A DNA stretch of 59,576 bases from a virus, in the IMG/VR virus record IMGVR_UViG_3300027852_000007; one strand, given 5' to 3'. Made by a program: the position numbers and the translations under genes. Shown here one piece after another: positions 1 through 9,323 of the stretch; position 1 is the first letter of the stretch, and every line of letters starts with the position of its first letter. Under the pieces are notes generated by a model. It saw only the letters and a program-made list of their open reading frames with translations. It did no database searches and had not been told where the DNA came from.

Positions 1-127
1 ACAGGCCTTACGACTTCAGTTTCAAAACCATTAACGCTTTCGTCAACAGGCCTGGGGTACAGTTCGAGGAGCTGGAGGCCTTGTGTCTGGCCATGGCGGA
101 TTCGATGGAAAAGTTGGGCAGAAACGA
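1..127. repeat. Terminal direct repeat, copy 1 (identical to 59450-59576); closure overlap of a circular or terminally redundant genome
   Basis: Read directly: acaggccttacgacttcag...gggcagaaacga occurs at both ends of the window, 127/127 identical. Confidence 0.95.
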
Positions 128-191
128 ATATATTTGCAAAAAGTGTTGTCTAAGGAAAGCCAGCAACCACCCGCATAGCCATGACTTTTGA
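3..191 (+). CDS. 3' part of a junction-spanning hypothetical ORF (82 aa once the circle is closed: 59392-59576, then 128-191)
   Basis: The frame is open from nt 3 and continuous with the ORF that runs off the 3' end of the window. Stop TGA at 189-191. Cys-rich tail (YICKKCCLRK). No family recognised. Confidence 0.45.
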   Translation, partial: RPYDFSFKTINAFVNRPGVQFEELEALCLAMADSMEKLGRNEYICKKCCLRKASNHPHSHDF

Positions 192-223
192 ACCAAAAAA
201 AAATAATAAAAAAGGAAAACACT

Positions 224-514
224 ATGGAATGGAGAACAGTACCGGACTACCCTGATTATGAGTGTTGTCAGAGTGTCACAGTGGGGACGCAAGTGCGTCG
301 TAAGCGTAAGCTGATGGGGACACGTATGGGTATGAACACCCGTGGTAGCATCGGTGGCAAGGTCTTGTGTAAGGACTCGTCGGGACGCATTGCACTCAAG
401 AAGTCGCCCCACCACGCACCTCGGTATTACAGCGCGTCGGACGTTTGGGCACATACATTCCTTGGTGCACCCTTGTACACTACCCTGGAGAAGCGACAGC
501 AGGTGCAGGGTTGA
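224..514 (+). CDS. NUMOD4-like small protein (N-terminal module of HNH homing endonucleases; no catalytic motif seen)
   Basis: ATG 224 is preceded by AAGGAAA. MEWRTVPDYPDYE... and ...DVWAHTFLG resemble the NUMOD4 module. The ORF is only 96 aa and has no HNH motif. Confidence 0.45.
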   Translation: MEWRTVPDYPDYECCQSVTVGTQVRRKRKLMGTRMGMNTRGSIGGKVLCKDSSGRIALKKSPHHAPRYYSASDVWAHTFLGAPLYTTLEKRQQVQG

Positions 515-522
515 ACCACATC

Positions 523-1044
523 ATGCTGGATTTAGAAACGATGGGGACAGGCCCAAACTCTGCAATAATTGCAATAGGGGCTGTTAGATTCGATGCGTAC
601 TCAGAGATTAGCGATGCGTGTGAGAGTGGTATACTTGACAGGTTTTATGAGGTTGTCAGTCTGGAAAGTTCGACTTCAGCGGGACTTGACATAGACCCGA
701 GCACCGTGATGTGGTGGTTGAGGCAAAGCGAGAAAGCCAGAGAGCAGTTTGAACGAAATGTAATCCCCCTGGAAAAGGCCTTGCGCTTGTTCGCTGATTG
801 GGTTGGTAAAGATCCTGTGATGTGGGGCAACGGTGCAGCATTCGATAATGTAATACTGGCAAATGCCTACGTCAAAACATCACTGTTGCAACCGTGGGCT
901 TTTTGGGCTGACCACTGCTACAGGACGGTCAAAAGTCTTTACCCTCAAGTAGAAATGGAGCGAGTAGGGACACACCACTGTGCCGTTGATGATGCGGAAA
1001 GTCAGGCTCGACACCTGATGAGAATTTTTGCTTCAAATGGGTAA
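523..1044 (+). CDS. DEDDh 3'-5' exonuclease (DnaQ-like; phage Rv2179c-like exoribonuclease type)
   Basis: MLDLETMG (Exo I, D-x-E), WGNGAAFDNVIL (Exo II) and HHCAVDDAES (Exo III, H-x4-D). I use the internal ATG at 523 rather than the track start at 445. Confidence 0.8.
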   Translation: MLDLETMGTGPNSAIIAIGAVRFDAYSEISDACESGILDRFYEVVSLESSTSAGLDIDPSTVMWWLRQSEKAREQFERNVIPLEKALRLFADWVGKDPVMWGNGAAFDNVILANAYVKTSLLQPWAFWADHCYRTVKSLYPQVEMERVGTHHCAVDDAESQARHLMRIFASNG

Positions 1045-1255
1045 ATGGTTTCACTATGTCGTATATGACAAACCGTTGGATTACCCCAACGATTACGTTT
1101 GCCGACGGTGGCGGGTCGGGCACCAGGTTGTTCCAGATTCTCATCCACTTGTGGTTGGTACACTAGAGGAATGTCGCTCAGTGATACCTGCATCCTGTGT
1201 ATGTTTGAAACGGACAACAGAGGATGATCCAGTAATATTGGAAACCTGGATCTGA
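1037..1255 (+). CDS. hypothetical protein
   Basis: ATG 1037 overlaps the exonuclease stop (ATGGGTAA). Same-strand operon context. No motif recognised. Confidence 0.5.
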   Translation: MGKWFHYVVYDKPLDYPNDYVCRRWRVGHQVVPDSHPLVVGTLEECRSVIPASCVCLKRTTEDDPVILETWI

Positions 1256-1288
1256 CCAAAAATTGAAAACCAACACAACAAGGAGGTT

Positions 1289-2797
1289 GTGGTGGCAGCA
1301 GAACAGGGAGCGTTCTACGCTAACCATTTGTCAGCCCGTGGGGGCAGTGGTGCGTCTGGTGAGGAGTTACTCGGTCAGACGATAGCGAGTTTTTACGATG
1401 ACCCGCTGGGGTTCGTGTTGTTTATCTTCCCCTGGGGGGAGGCAGGCACGGCGCTGGAGGATGAGGATGGGCCGGATGTCTGGCAGGCCCAGCAGATGCT
1501 GCGCGTGGCAGATGCCATCGCGGATGATCCACAGGGTTATCAGATACAGGAGGCCATCTCCTCGGGTCACGGTGTCGGTAAGTCGGCTGAGGTGGCGTGG
1601 ATGGTCTTGTGGGCCATGTCGACACGCCCGGATGCGGCGGTGGTGGTTACGGCCAACACGGACACGCAGTTACGCACCAAGACGTGGAAGGAGCTGGCCA
1701 AGTGGCACAACCTGTCACGTAACAAGCACTGGTTCACCTGGACGGCCACCCGGCTCAGTCATGTCGATTACCCCTCAACGTGGTTTGCCGCCGCCATACC
1801 CAACTCCGAACAGAATTCAGAGGCCTTCGCCGGTACCCACGCCAAGCATGTGGTGGTTATCTTCGATGAGGCCTCAAGCATACCTGACGCCCTCTGGGAG
1901 GTGACGGAAGGGGCCATGACCACGCCCATGTCGATGTGGTTTGTCTACGGCAACCCGACCCGTAACTCCGGGCGCTTCAGGCAGTGTTTTGGTGAGTTTA
2001 AGCACCGTTGGCAGCACAACCAGGTGGATGCCCGACGCTGTAGCAAGACGGATAAGAAGCGCATCGCTCAGTGGCAGGAGGACTGGGGTGAGGACAGCGA
2101 CTTCTTCCGGGTCAGGGTACGCGGCGAGTTCCCGCGCTCAGGATCATCACAGCTTATCAGTGCCGACGCCATCATGGATGCGCGCAAGGCTAACTTACAG
2201 CTCGCTGACTACATGTTCTTCCCGGTTATCATCTCGGTCGATGTGGCGCGCTTCGGTGCCGATGAGACTGTGGTCACGACACGTCAGGGCCGTAAGGTGC
2301 ACAGTCAGGTACCGTACCGGGGCTTGCGCAACACGCAGGTCGGGGCGAGGGCAGCCGAACGCTGGCGCGAGTACAAGGCCACGGGTGCGCAGATGTCGGC
2401 CATCATGGTCGATGGTATCGGTCTGGGTTCCGGCGTGGTCGACTACCTGCACGACGCAGGCTACCCAGTGCTTGATGTTAACGTTGGTGCCGCCGCTGAC
2501 AGCATGGACTTGTATTACAACAAGCGCGCTGAGTGTTACATGCGCATGAAGGACTGGTTTGACAGCGGTGGGGACATCCCCGATGACCCCGACCTGGCCG
2601 GTCAGCTCAACGCGCTGGAGTACATGTACGACACGCGGGAGCGGGTACGCATGGAGAAGAAGGCCGACATGAAGGCGCGGGGGCTCAGTAGCCCGGACAG
2701 GGCCGACTCGTTAGCCCTGAGCTTCGCCGAGCATGTTATGGTGGAGGATGGCGGCAGTGGTAGTGGCGCATCATCGTTCGAACCGGGCTATGGGTGA
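1289..2797 (+). CDS. terL: terminase large subunit
   Basis: AGGAGG lies 2 nt upstream of GTG 1289. Walker A-like SSGHGVGKS and Walker B VVVIFDEAS. C-terminal RNaseH-like nuclease acidic motifs (ISVDVARFGADETV, MVDGIGLG, SPDRADSLAL). Confidence 0.9.
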   Translation: MVAAEQGAFYANHLSARGGSGASGEELLGQTIASFYDDPLGFVLFIFPWGEAGTALEDEDGPDVWQAQQMLRVADAIADDPQGYQIQEAISSGHGVGKSAEVAWMVLWAMSTRPDAAVVVTANTDTQLRTKTWKELAKWHNLSRNKHWFTWTATRLSHVDYPSTWFAAAIPNSEQNSEAFAGTHAKHVVVIFDEASSIPDALWEVTEGAMTTPMSMWFVYGNPTRNSGRFRQCFGEFKHRWQHNQVDARRCSKTDKKRIAQWQEDWGEDSDFFRVRVRGEFPRSGSSQLISADAIMDARKANLQLADYMFFPVIISVDVARFGADETVVTTRQGRKVHSQVPYRGLRNTQVGARAAERWREYKATGAQMSAIMVDGIGLGSGVVDYLHDAGYPVLDVNVGAAADSMDLYYNKRAECYMRMKDWFDSGGDIPDDPDLAGQLNALEYMYDTRERVRMEKKADMKARGLSSPDRADSLALSFAEHVMVEDGGSGSGASSFEPGYG

Positions 2798-2968
2798 GGG
2801 CCTTGTGAACTGCATCACAGTTTCTGCGTAAGCGGTTTGCGCTTACCGGATGACCCCGAGTACATTGGCTTTGCTGTTTTGCAGTTGATGCTCAACCGAT
2901 GACACCTTGGGGTTTATAACGTAAAAGATAATCAGTTAACCAGTTAAACACTCAAACGAGGGAACGGT

Positions 2969-3334
2969 ATGAGTAAGCAGGACGAGGAGATGGGTGAGAA
3001 GAACATAGTGTTACTCGAAAGGGTGCGTGAGTTTTTCGCAGACGAAGAGGATTCCGGTGAGATAGATGAGCTCGTTGTTTTTGCGGTTGACCGCAAAGGT
3101 GTTATCAGCATGTTGTCGAATGTGAAGGATGTTTTGCACATGTTAAACGTCGTTGACGCGGGCCATGACATGATTCTCGAACTTCGTCGACAGAACTTAT
3201 TATCAAAAAACAGCATCAAGGATGAGGATTTTGCCAAGGATGGCGAATTTAATTCAAACGGCGACCCCAGCATTGGTGTCGCAGGTAGCGAGGGAATCGC
3301 ACCTGGAAGCGGAGGTCGGTCGCGCCTTAATTAA
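2969..3334 (+). CDS. hypothetical acidic protein
   Basis: 121-aa ORF after terL with GAGGGAA upstream. Its 3' end overlaps the next ORF in another frame, so the true end is uncertain. Confidence 0.5.
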   Translation: MSKQDEEMGEKNIVLLERVREFFADEEDSGEIDELVVFAVDRKGVISMLSNVKDVLHMLNVVDAGHDMILELRRQNLLSKNSIKDEDFAKDGEFNSNGDPSIGVAGSEGIAPGSGGRSRLN

Positions 3335-3608
3335 GGCCTACCCCGCCCGCAACTGGCTGGTTGATTCGGATGTTCCCAACCGCGTACTGACTGTCCACTG
3401 TACGGACATTTCAGCGCGCTGGGGCATGGTTGTGCACCTGACCCGCTCCAACCGGGAGACGGTGCGTCGTAGTGTCCGTGCCGGTGGCGAGATACTGGAG
3501 CGTTATCGCCTCAGTCGTCAGCGTCAGGCCAGTAACGACGACGCCCTGAGTTTGCCCCACCAGATCAACGGTGAGGTGCGTCATGCACCACGGGGAGAAC
3601 GGCAGTGA
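3240..3608 (+). CDS. hypothetical protein upstream of portal
   Basis: ORF 3222-3608 with alternative ATG at 3240. The stop overlaps the portal start (GTGA). Start uncertain. Confidence 0.5.
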   Translation: MANLIQTATPALVSQVARESHLEAEVGRALIKAYPARNWLVDSDVPNRVLTVHCTDISARWGMVVHLTRSNRETVRRSVRAGGEILERYRLSRQRQASNDDALSLPHQINGEVRHAPRGERQ

Positions 3609-5818
3609 GCGTTGAACAGGATGCCTACGAGTACGGGGCAGGCCCCTACGTCGAACCGCCTAACAACCCACCACCGCCGGAGATTGACGACCGTGACGAG
3701 TCGCTGAGGTCGGCGGATGATGATGCCTCGACAACCATAGGCGAGGGCGATGCCGAGCATGACAGTGAGGCGTTGTGGTTACAGCGTGCGCGCACGACCT
3801 ACGCCAACTCTACCGATTACATTACCAACTCCCTACGCCACACATGGGAGCGTAACTGGCGCTTGTTCCGCAACCAGCACCCTAACGATAGCAAGTATTT
3901 TTCAGACACCTACCGGGGGCGCTCACGCACCTTCCGCCCCAAACTTCGATCAGCTTCGACACAGCGCATCGCCGCCCTGTCAGCCGCGCTGCACTCCAAC
4001 GATGACATCCTGGATGTTAGCGCACGCGACTCGACCAGTAATGAGGCTAAGGCGAATGCCGATGTCATGAAAATTCTCATGCAGTATCGCCTTGAGAATG
4101 ATCTCGACTGGTTTATGTTGTCGCTGGGAGCCTTCCAGTCCTGTGACATTTACAATGTCTGTATCTCCCGTCAGGAGTGGCGCTATGAGGTGCTGGACAC
4201 CTCGACCTACGAACAGGCGCGAGACGAACAGGGTGAACCGCTGTACGACGACGATGGTACACCACTGGGCTACCGCGAGGCGTCGAGCGAGTTGCTGGAG
4301 GATCGTCCGGTCAGTCAGTTGGTGAGACCCGAGAACTTCCGTTTCGACCCCAACGCAGACTGGATCAACCCGCTAAAAGATAGCCCCTATTTGATTGAGA
4401 ACATGCCCATGTTTGCCGGGGATGTGCTCACACGCATGGAAACGATCAACCCCTTAACGGGGGCACCACCCTGGCGCAAACTCACCCTGTCGCAGATTAT
4501 TGCCGCAGGCCGTGAGGATCAGACCGATACCGAGACGGTACGGCTGGCACGGGAGGGTGATGAGCGACGTGATCCGGCGGATGTGCAGAGTGATCGCGAG
4601 GATACGCTGGTCTGGGTGCGGCGTTATATTATTCGCGAGGGTTACAAGGACTGGACGTTTTATACGCTGGGCGGCACCTACCTGCTGACCGAGCCGACAC
4701 CACTGGATAAGGTGTCGAAGATTGGCCGTAACTATGTTATCGGCATGAACAGCCTTGAGGTGTTCCGCAACTACCCTGGCTCTGCCATGGAGCTGGGTGC
4801 GGATTTACAGGAGGACATCAACGACCTGGCCAACCAGCGTTCAGATAACGTCAAGCTGGTACTCAACAAGCGCTACTTTATCAAACGTCAGCGTCAGGGT
4901 TCGCTGGACTTACAGGCATTAACCCGTAACACACCCGGTGGTGGCATCCTAATTGATGACCCCTCTAACGATGTCAAGGTGGTCGATACCCCCGACATCA
5001 CGGGTTCCAGTTACCGCGAGAACGACCAGATGGCCGTCGAGCTGGATGAGTTACTGGGTAACTTCTCACAGGCCTCTGTGCAGTCTAACCGTCAGCTCAA
5101 CGAGACGGTGGGCGGCATGAACATGATCTCTGAGTCGGCCAACGGGGTGCAGGAGCTGGCCTTCAAGGTGTTTGTTAGCACCTGGGCAGAACCCGTACTC
5201 AAGCAACTGGTGCAGCTCGAAGCGGCCTACGAGACCGATGAGGTCTTACTGGCACTGGCGGGTAACAAGTCTGAAATATTCCAACGCTACGGCATCGACC
5301 GCATTACCGACAACCTGCTGGATCAGGCGCTGTTGGTCAAGGTCAACGTCGGTATGGGGCATACCAACCCGGTGCAGAAGATGCAGAAGCTGTCGGCGGG
5401 CGTGGAGACCATGCTGAAAGTACCTGAAGGCGTGCAGCGGCTTAATTTTGATGAGATTAACAAGGAGATATGGGGTTACCTGGGCTTCGCCGATGGTCAG
5501 CGCTTTACCCTGACAGAGGATCAGGTTAAGCAGCCCGACCCCATGGCCGACCCGGAAATACAGATCAAGATGCAGGATTTGCAGCGCAAGGCAGCGGCAG
5601 ATAAGGCCTTGCAGGAGTACCGTGCAGCAGATATGGCCTCGAAAGAGCGCATTCGCATGGCTGAGATTGAGTCGAAGGAACGCACGGATATGGCCCGACT
5701 GGAAGAGTCGCGGCGTAAGGATGAGTCGAAGGACGACACCGTGCGCACCATGGCCGCAGTACGTGAGGCTAACAAGTCTCGCGAGTTAACCATCAAGGCC
5801 GGGGAGAAGAGCGCGTGA
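3605..5818 (+). CDS. portal protein
   Basis: 737 aa, positioned just after terL. Long C-terminal charged coiled-coil tail (IQIKMQDLQRKAAADKALQEYRAADMASKERIRMAEIESKE...), like P22-type portal barrels. Called from size and position. Confidence 0.75.
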   Translation: MSVEQDAYEYGAGPYVEPPNNPPPPEIDDRDESLRSADDDASTTIGEGDAEHDSEALWLQRARTTYANSTDYITNSLRHTWERNWRLFRNQHPNDSKYFSDTYRGRSRTFRPKLRSASTQRIAALSAALHSNDDILDVSARDSTSNEAKANADVMKILMQYRLENDLDWFMLSLGAFQSCDIYNVCISRQEWRYEVLDTSTYEQARDEQGEPLYDDDGTPLGYREASSELLEDRPVSQLVRPENFRFDPNADWINPLKDSPYLIENMPMFAGDVLTRMETINPLTGAPPWRKLTLSQIIAAGREDQTDTETVRLAREGDERRDPADVQSDREDTLVWVRRYIIREGYKDWTFYTLGGTYLLTEPTPLDKVSKIGRNYVIGMNSLEVFRNYPGSAMELGADLQEDINDLANQRSDNVKLVLNKRYFIKRQRQGSLDLQALTRNTPGGGILIDDPSNDVKVVDTPDITGSSYRENDQMAVELDELLGNFSQASVQSNRQLNETVGGMNMISESANGVQELAFKVFVSTWAEPVLKQLVQLEAAYETDEVLLALAGNKSEIFQRYGIDRITDNLLDQALLVKVNVGMGHTNPVQKMQKLSAGVETMLKVPEGVQRLNFDEINKEIWGYLGFADGQRFTLTEDQVKQPDPMADPEIQIKMQDLQRKAAADKALQEYRAADMASKERIRMAEIESKERTDMARLEESRRKDESKDDTVRTMAAVREANKSRELTIKAGEKSA

Positions 5819-6192
5819 GTGCACCTGCATCGGCTTTTGAGCCACAGATTACCGGCGATAACCTGTTTGAGGCCTTGTCGCCACAGACCGACGATGTGCA
5901 GTTTATCGACGACAGCGAACGGGCACTGTTTGCCGAAGCACGCATGGGTGAGGATGTTATCAGCTTCCTCAACGGTGATGCGGGTCGCATGATCCGCACC
6001 CTGGTTAAGGAGGATGTGCGTGAAGCGATTGGCCTGCTCAAGACAACATCGAGCTGGCGACGGCGGCGCATTCAACAGTTACAGACCCGTATTCAGCAGG
6101 GCGAGACCCTGATTTATTATCTGGCCGATGTGATTCAGCGAGGTGAACAGGCCTATTTACAGTTAAACAACACTCAAAGGGATTTTGATTGA
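5815..6192 (+). CDS. hypothetical head-module protein
   Basis: 125-aa ORF translationally coupled between portal and scaffold (overlapping stop and start at both ends). Confidence 0.6.
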   Translation: MSAPASAFEPQITGDNLFEALSPQTDDVQFIDDSERALFAEARMGEDVISFLNGDAGRMIRTLVKEDVREAIGLLKTTSSWRRRRIQQLQTRIQQGETLIYYLADVIQRGEQAYLQLNNTQRDFD

Positions 6193-7355
6193 TGGACGAA
6201 GAGACAACAGCGCAGGTGCAGGGCGCACCTGTGGTTGAAGAGACCGCCACACAGGACGCAGTGGATGACAACGCACCGCTGCTTGCGCAGAGTCGTGAAG
6301 ATAAGATGCGCAAGGTGATTGACCGCTACAACGATACCAGCCCTTCCGATGAAGGGGCGGAGACCGATGGTGAGGCGCTGCTCAGTTATGAGTACGGGGA
6401 GCTTGAACCGGGTGAGGAGGCTGAGCCTGCACCGGAGCCTGTCGCCGCAGCGGATGTTGCACTGCCCGAAGGTTTACGCCGCAACGATGCGGGCGACTGG
6501 GTACAGGTTTTACGCATTGATGGCGTCGATGTCGAGCGCCCCTATGATGACTACCGAGCACAGGCACAAAGTTACGTTGCGGGTAGTAATCGCTTGCGTG
6601 AAGGTGTAGAGTTGCAGAAGACCATGCGTGCTCAACAGGAAAAGTTGAGCGCATGGGAACAGTCATTGCGTGAAAAAGAAGCGCAGATGACGCAGAAATT
6701 TGTCGATGACAAGGCATCGCTGCCACCCGCAACGGGCGCAGTATCGGATGCCACCGTTAGCGATGAATCCATCACAGAAGAGGCTCGCGCTATCGTTGGG
6801 CCTCTGTTCGCAGGTGATGAAAATCAGGCCATTGAGTCAGTGGCCGGATTGATTCGTGCGACCCGCCAGCCGACAGCACCACCCGTGGATACGGACGTGT
6901 TGACGCAGGAAGCGGCGCGCATTGCCTTGCAGAGTGTCGAACAGCGAGAACAAGCCCAACTGGAAAGCCAGCGCACGCAGGAAGCGGCGACGGCCTATCG
7001 ACAATTTCAGCAGGATTATCCTGAACTGGTTGCCGATGCCAATTTGTTCAAACTCGCTGATGCAGAGACCGAAATCATTGCCGCGTTACACCCTGAATGG
7101 GGCGTGGGGCAGGTGATGAGCGAAGCTGGCAAGAAGATTACCGAGCGTCTTGATGCACACCGTCAACCGACGATTGAAACATCTCAACCTGCCAGTCAGC
7201 GGTCTCAAAACAAAGCCAACCTACAACCCATCCCTTCCGTGCGCAGTGGTGCTACTCAGGCCGCCCCACAGACGAAGGCAGATGTTGTGATGACACCACA
7301 AAGCGTGATTGCCGGTATGCGTAGTCAGCGGGGAGGTCTTCGCAACGAAATTTAG
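6189..7355 (+). CDS. scaffolding protein (candidate)
   Basis: 388 aa, acidic, Q/E/A-rich and predicted helical. Lies between the portal and the major capsid gene. Confidence 0.55.
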   Translation: MMDEETTAQVQGAPVVEETATQDAVDDNAPLLAQSREDKMRKVIDRYNDTSPSDEGAETDGEALLSYEYGELEPGEEAEPAPEPVAAADVALPEGLRRNDAGDWVQVLRIDGVDVERPYDDYRAQAQSYVAGSNRLREGVELQKTMRAQQEKLSAWEQSLREKEAQMTQKFVDDKASLPPATGAVSDATVSDESITEEARAIVGPLFAGDENQAIESVAGLIRATRQPTAPPVDTDVLTQEAARIALQSVEQREQAQLESQRTQEAATAYRQFQQDYPELVADANLFKLADAETEIIAALHPEWGVGQVMSEAGKKITERLDAHRQPTIETSQPASQRSQNKANLQPIPSVRSGATQAAPQTKADVVMTPQSVIAGMRSQRGGLRNEI

Positions 7356-7405
7356 CTGACGCGGCCAAGCGCGTTGGCCCCACCAATGTTTCAAGGAGTG
7401 AAACA

Positions 7406-8338
7406 ATGGCCCAGTTATGGTCTCAAGCCAATGGATATATGGCGACATCAAAATTATCAAGTGCCCTTCGGCACGCTGTTCAGCCCATGTGCCGCTATCG
7501 CCAGTTTTGCGATGTAGAAGAGGCTATTGGTAAGAACCGGGGTGAAACCTACACCTGGAATGTCTACGGTGATACCACCACACAAGGTACCGACCTGGCG
7601 GAAAACGCGCCCATGCCTGAAACGGATTTTCCGATCAGTCAGGGTTCTGTGACCATCGGTGAAAAAGGCATTGCCGTACCTTATTCTGGCAAATTTAATG
7701 ATTTAAGTGAGCACCCTGTGCTCGAAATCATTAACAAGACCCTCAAAAATGACTGTCGTCGTGCCCTCGACGCAGCGGCGAATGAGCAGTTTGCCGCGAC
7801 TATTTTGGTGGCTACAAGCACCAGTTCGACGGCATTCGACCTCACTGATAACGGTACCGCTTCTGGCGTGGCGACGGACGACCTGAGTTTTGTACATATC
7901 AAAACTCTGGCCGACACCATGGCGGAGCGGGAGATTCCCACCTTTGATGGTGAGAATTATGTCGGTATTGCCCGACCCACCACGCTGCGTAGTGTTACGG
8001 ACGACCTTGAGTCGATCCAGCAGTACGTGTCTGAGGGTTGGAACCGCATCATGGCCGGTGAAAAGGGTCGAGCCGACGCTGTGCGCATGGTCAGTCAGAC
8101 CAATATCGCCAGTAAAGGCTGGACGAATACCGACGAAGCGTTCTTCCTGGGCGCAGATACCGTCACTGAAGCGGTTGCTTGCCCAGAAGAGGTACGCGGC
8201 AAGATTCCTGATGATTATGGTCGGGGTCGCGGCATCGCCTGGTACTACCTGGGAGCCTTCGGCATTGTTCATGCGGATACTACGTCTGCTGCGACCAAGG
8301 CACAGGCGCGCATCATCCGTTGGGGCTCAACATCGTAA
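7406..8338 (+). CDS. major capsid protein (HK97 fold type)
   Basis: 310 aa after the scaffold. The N-terminal pattern (SKLSSALRHAVQPMCRYRQFCDV...GKNRGETYTW...GSVTIGEKGIAVPYSGKFNDLSE) is typical of HK97-like capsid proteins. Confidence 0.8.
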   Translation: MAQLWSQANGYMATSKLSSALRHAVQPMCRYRQFCDVEEAIGKNRGETYTWNVYGDTTTQGTDLAENAPMPETDFPISQGSVTIGEKGIAVPYSGKFNDLSEHPVLEIINKTLKNDCRRALDAAANEQFAATILVATSTSSTAFDLTDNGTASGVATDDLSFVHIKTLADTMAEREIPTFDGENYVGIARPTTLRSVTDDLESIQQYVSEGWNRIMAGEKGRADAVRMVSQTNIASKGWTNTDEAFFLGADTVTEAVACPEEVRGKIPDDYGRGRGIAWYYLGAFGIVHADTTSAATKAQARIIRWGSTS

Positions 8339-8345
8339 TTTATGC

Positions 8346-8361
8346 GGGGGCTGATGCCCCC
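8346..8361 (+). other. GC hairpin directly after the capsid stop (gggggc-tgat-gccccc)
   Basis: 6-bp all-GC stem with a 4-nt loop and no T-run. Possibly an RNA stability or attenuation hairpin. Confidence 0.3.
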
Positions 8362-8374
8362 AAAGGAGCAAATC

Positions 8375-8743
8375 ATGGCGTATGAAAACGCAATCTACAT
8401 TACCTACCAACTGTCAGCAGCCGCTACCAGTACGGCCGGCACTCTGTTGAGTGTTAAGGGGCCAGCGGGTAAAACCGGGCGGCTTCACGCAATGGGTGCT
8501 GTAAGCACAACCGCTGTCACCGTGGCGACGGCTAACATTACCGTGGGTGTCACTGGCACCCTGGATAAGTTTGGCAGTCTGGCCTTACCTGTCGCAACCG
8601 TGGGCAGTGGTTATAACGCCCCGACCGTTGTGGATACCGATACCGTATCGGTTGACGCCGACTCTGAGGTTTTACTGATCAGTACGGATGGCGGATCTAC
8701 AGCGGGTGCGGCGGATATTGCCGTCACCATGGCCTGGTATTAA
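8375..8743 (+). CDS. hypothetical head protein (possible decoration or minor capsid protein)
   Basis: AAGGAG lies 7 nt upstream of ATG 8375. The 122-aa protein is Ala/Thr/Gly/Val-rich and looks beta-rich. Sits directly after the capsid gene. Confidence 0.6.
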   Translation: MAYENAIYITYQLSAAATSTAGTLLSVKGPAGKTGRLHAMGAVSTTAVTVATANITVGVTGTLDKFGSLALPVATVGSGYNAPTVVDTDTVSVDADSEVLLISTDGGSTAGAADIAVTMAWY

Positions 8744-8764
8744 TCGACTAATACGTGTTTTTTT

Positions 8765-8808
8765 AATACAAGTATTAGTCAATAGAAGTATTGACCTATA
8801 CAAGTATT
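8765..8808. promoter_or_regulatory. Cluster of three AATAC-WW-GTATT-type sites (one perfect, two 11/12)
   Basis: AATACAAGTATT at 8765-8776, AATAGAAGTATT at 8781-8792 and TATACAAGTATT at 8797-8808. The same 12-mer occurs at 37810, 40701 and 57181. Confidence 0.6.
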
Positions 8809-8824
8809 TATCAAGGAGAAAGTG

Positions 8825-8998
8825 ATGAAAAAGACGGGAGGGTTTACCAATTCGACCCACGGTACAAAAGGCGGTGCGAAAGCGGGACTTGACACTGGTC
8901 TGTCATCCGCTGGTGCCATCGACGTGAAGGCCTGTTCCCCCGGTGGGGAAAACAGCAAAACCCAGCGACCCAATGAAGTAAAGCCGGGTAAAGCCTGA
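8825..8998 (+). CDS. small Gly/Lys-rich hypothetical protein (57 aa, below the ORF-track cutoff)
   Basis: AAGGAG lies 8 nt upstream of ATG 8825. My translation is MKKTGGFTNSTHGTKGGAKAGLDTGLSSAGAIDVKACSPGGENSKTQRPNEVKPGKA, ending at TGA 8996-8998. Confidence 0.45.
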   Translation: MKKTGGFTNSTHGTKGGAKAGLDTGLSSAGAIDVKACSPGGENSKTQRPNEVKPGKA

Positions 8999-9012
8999 TA
9001 TTGGCGAAAATT

Positions 9013-9071
9013 TGTCACAGGGAGGCGAGGGGAGGTGTCCCTTTGCACTTCAGAGTGCTTCCCCTGTGACA
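9013..9071 (+). other. Branched hairpin (10-bp outer stem enclosing two small hairpins), possible terminator or attenuator
   Basis: tgtcacaggg (9013-9022) pairs with ccctgtgaca (9062-9071). The inner hairpins are ggga-ggtg-tccc and gcact-tcag-agtgc. attttacattt follows. Confidence 0.4.
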
Positions 9072-9098
9072 TTTTACATTTGAAAAGGGAGAAAGGCT

Positions 9099-9323
9099 GT
9101 GAGCGCTGATAGTGATATGCCCTATTTTGGTCTACATGTTGGTCAGATGCAGGCCGGCCCAATGGATTACATTACGCGCCCTTTGAGGCCAACGTATTTT
9201 GATCCGCCCGCAGGTTCTCGACAGCAGGCGGGTAGCACGGCGGAGGGTTTGAGTTTTAGCAGCCGCTTTGACAACGAAGATCCCCGTTACTCACGAAAAT
9301 TACGCTGGAGCGAAAGCGATTGA
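9099..9323 (+). CDS. hypothetical protein
   Basis: GTG start with GGGAGAAAGG upstream. 74 aa. The stop overlaps the next start. Confidence 0.5.
   Translation: MSADSDMPYFGLHVGQMQAGPMDYITRPLRPTYFDPPAGSRQQAGSTAEGLSFSSRFDNEDPRYSRKLRWSESD

Noticed and set aside
8-454. 148-aa minus-strand ORF at the window start
   Set aside because: It is antisense to the junction-spanning ORF and the NUMOD4-like gene. It has an odd composition (His/Thr/Cys/Leu runs) and no RBS context, so I treat it as a shadow ORF.
2821-2832. 12-mer tttctgcgtaag shared with 31324-31335
   Set aside because: Roughly a hundred chance 12-mer repeats are expected in a 60-kb sequence, and the flanks show no extended similarity.
2828-2846. 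Hairpin gtaagcg-gtttg-cgcttac after terL as a terminator
   Set aside because: The stem is 7 bp with no downstream T-run, and the late operon clearly continues. At most it is a minor RNA structure.
2969-3608. Programmed frameshift joining ORFs 2969-3334 and 3222-3608
   Set aside because: The overlap would need a +1 (or -2) shift. I see no slippery heptamer or stimulatory structure, so two overlapping genes or a mis-called end is the simpler reading.
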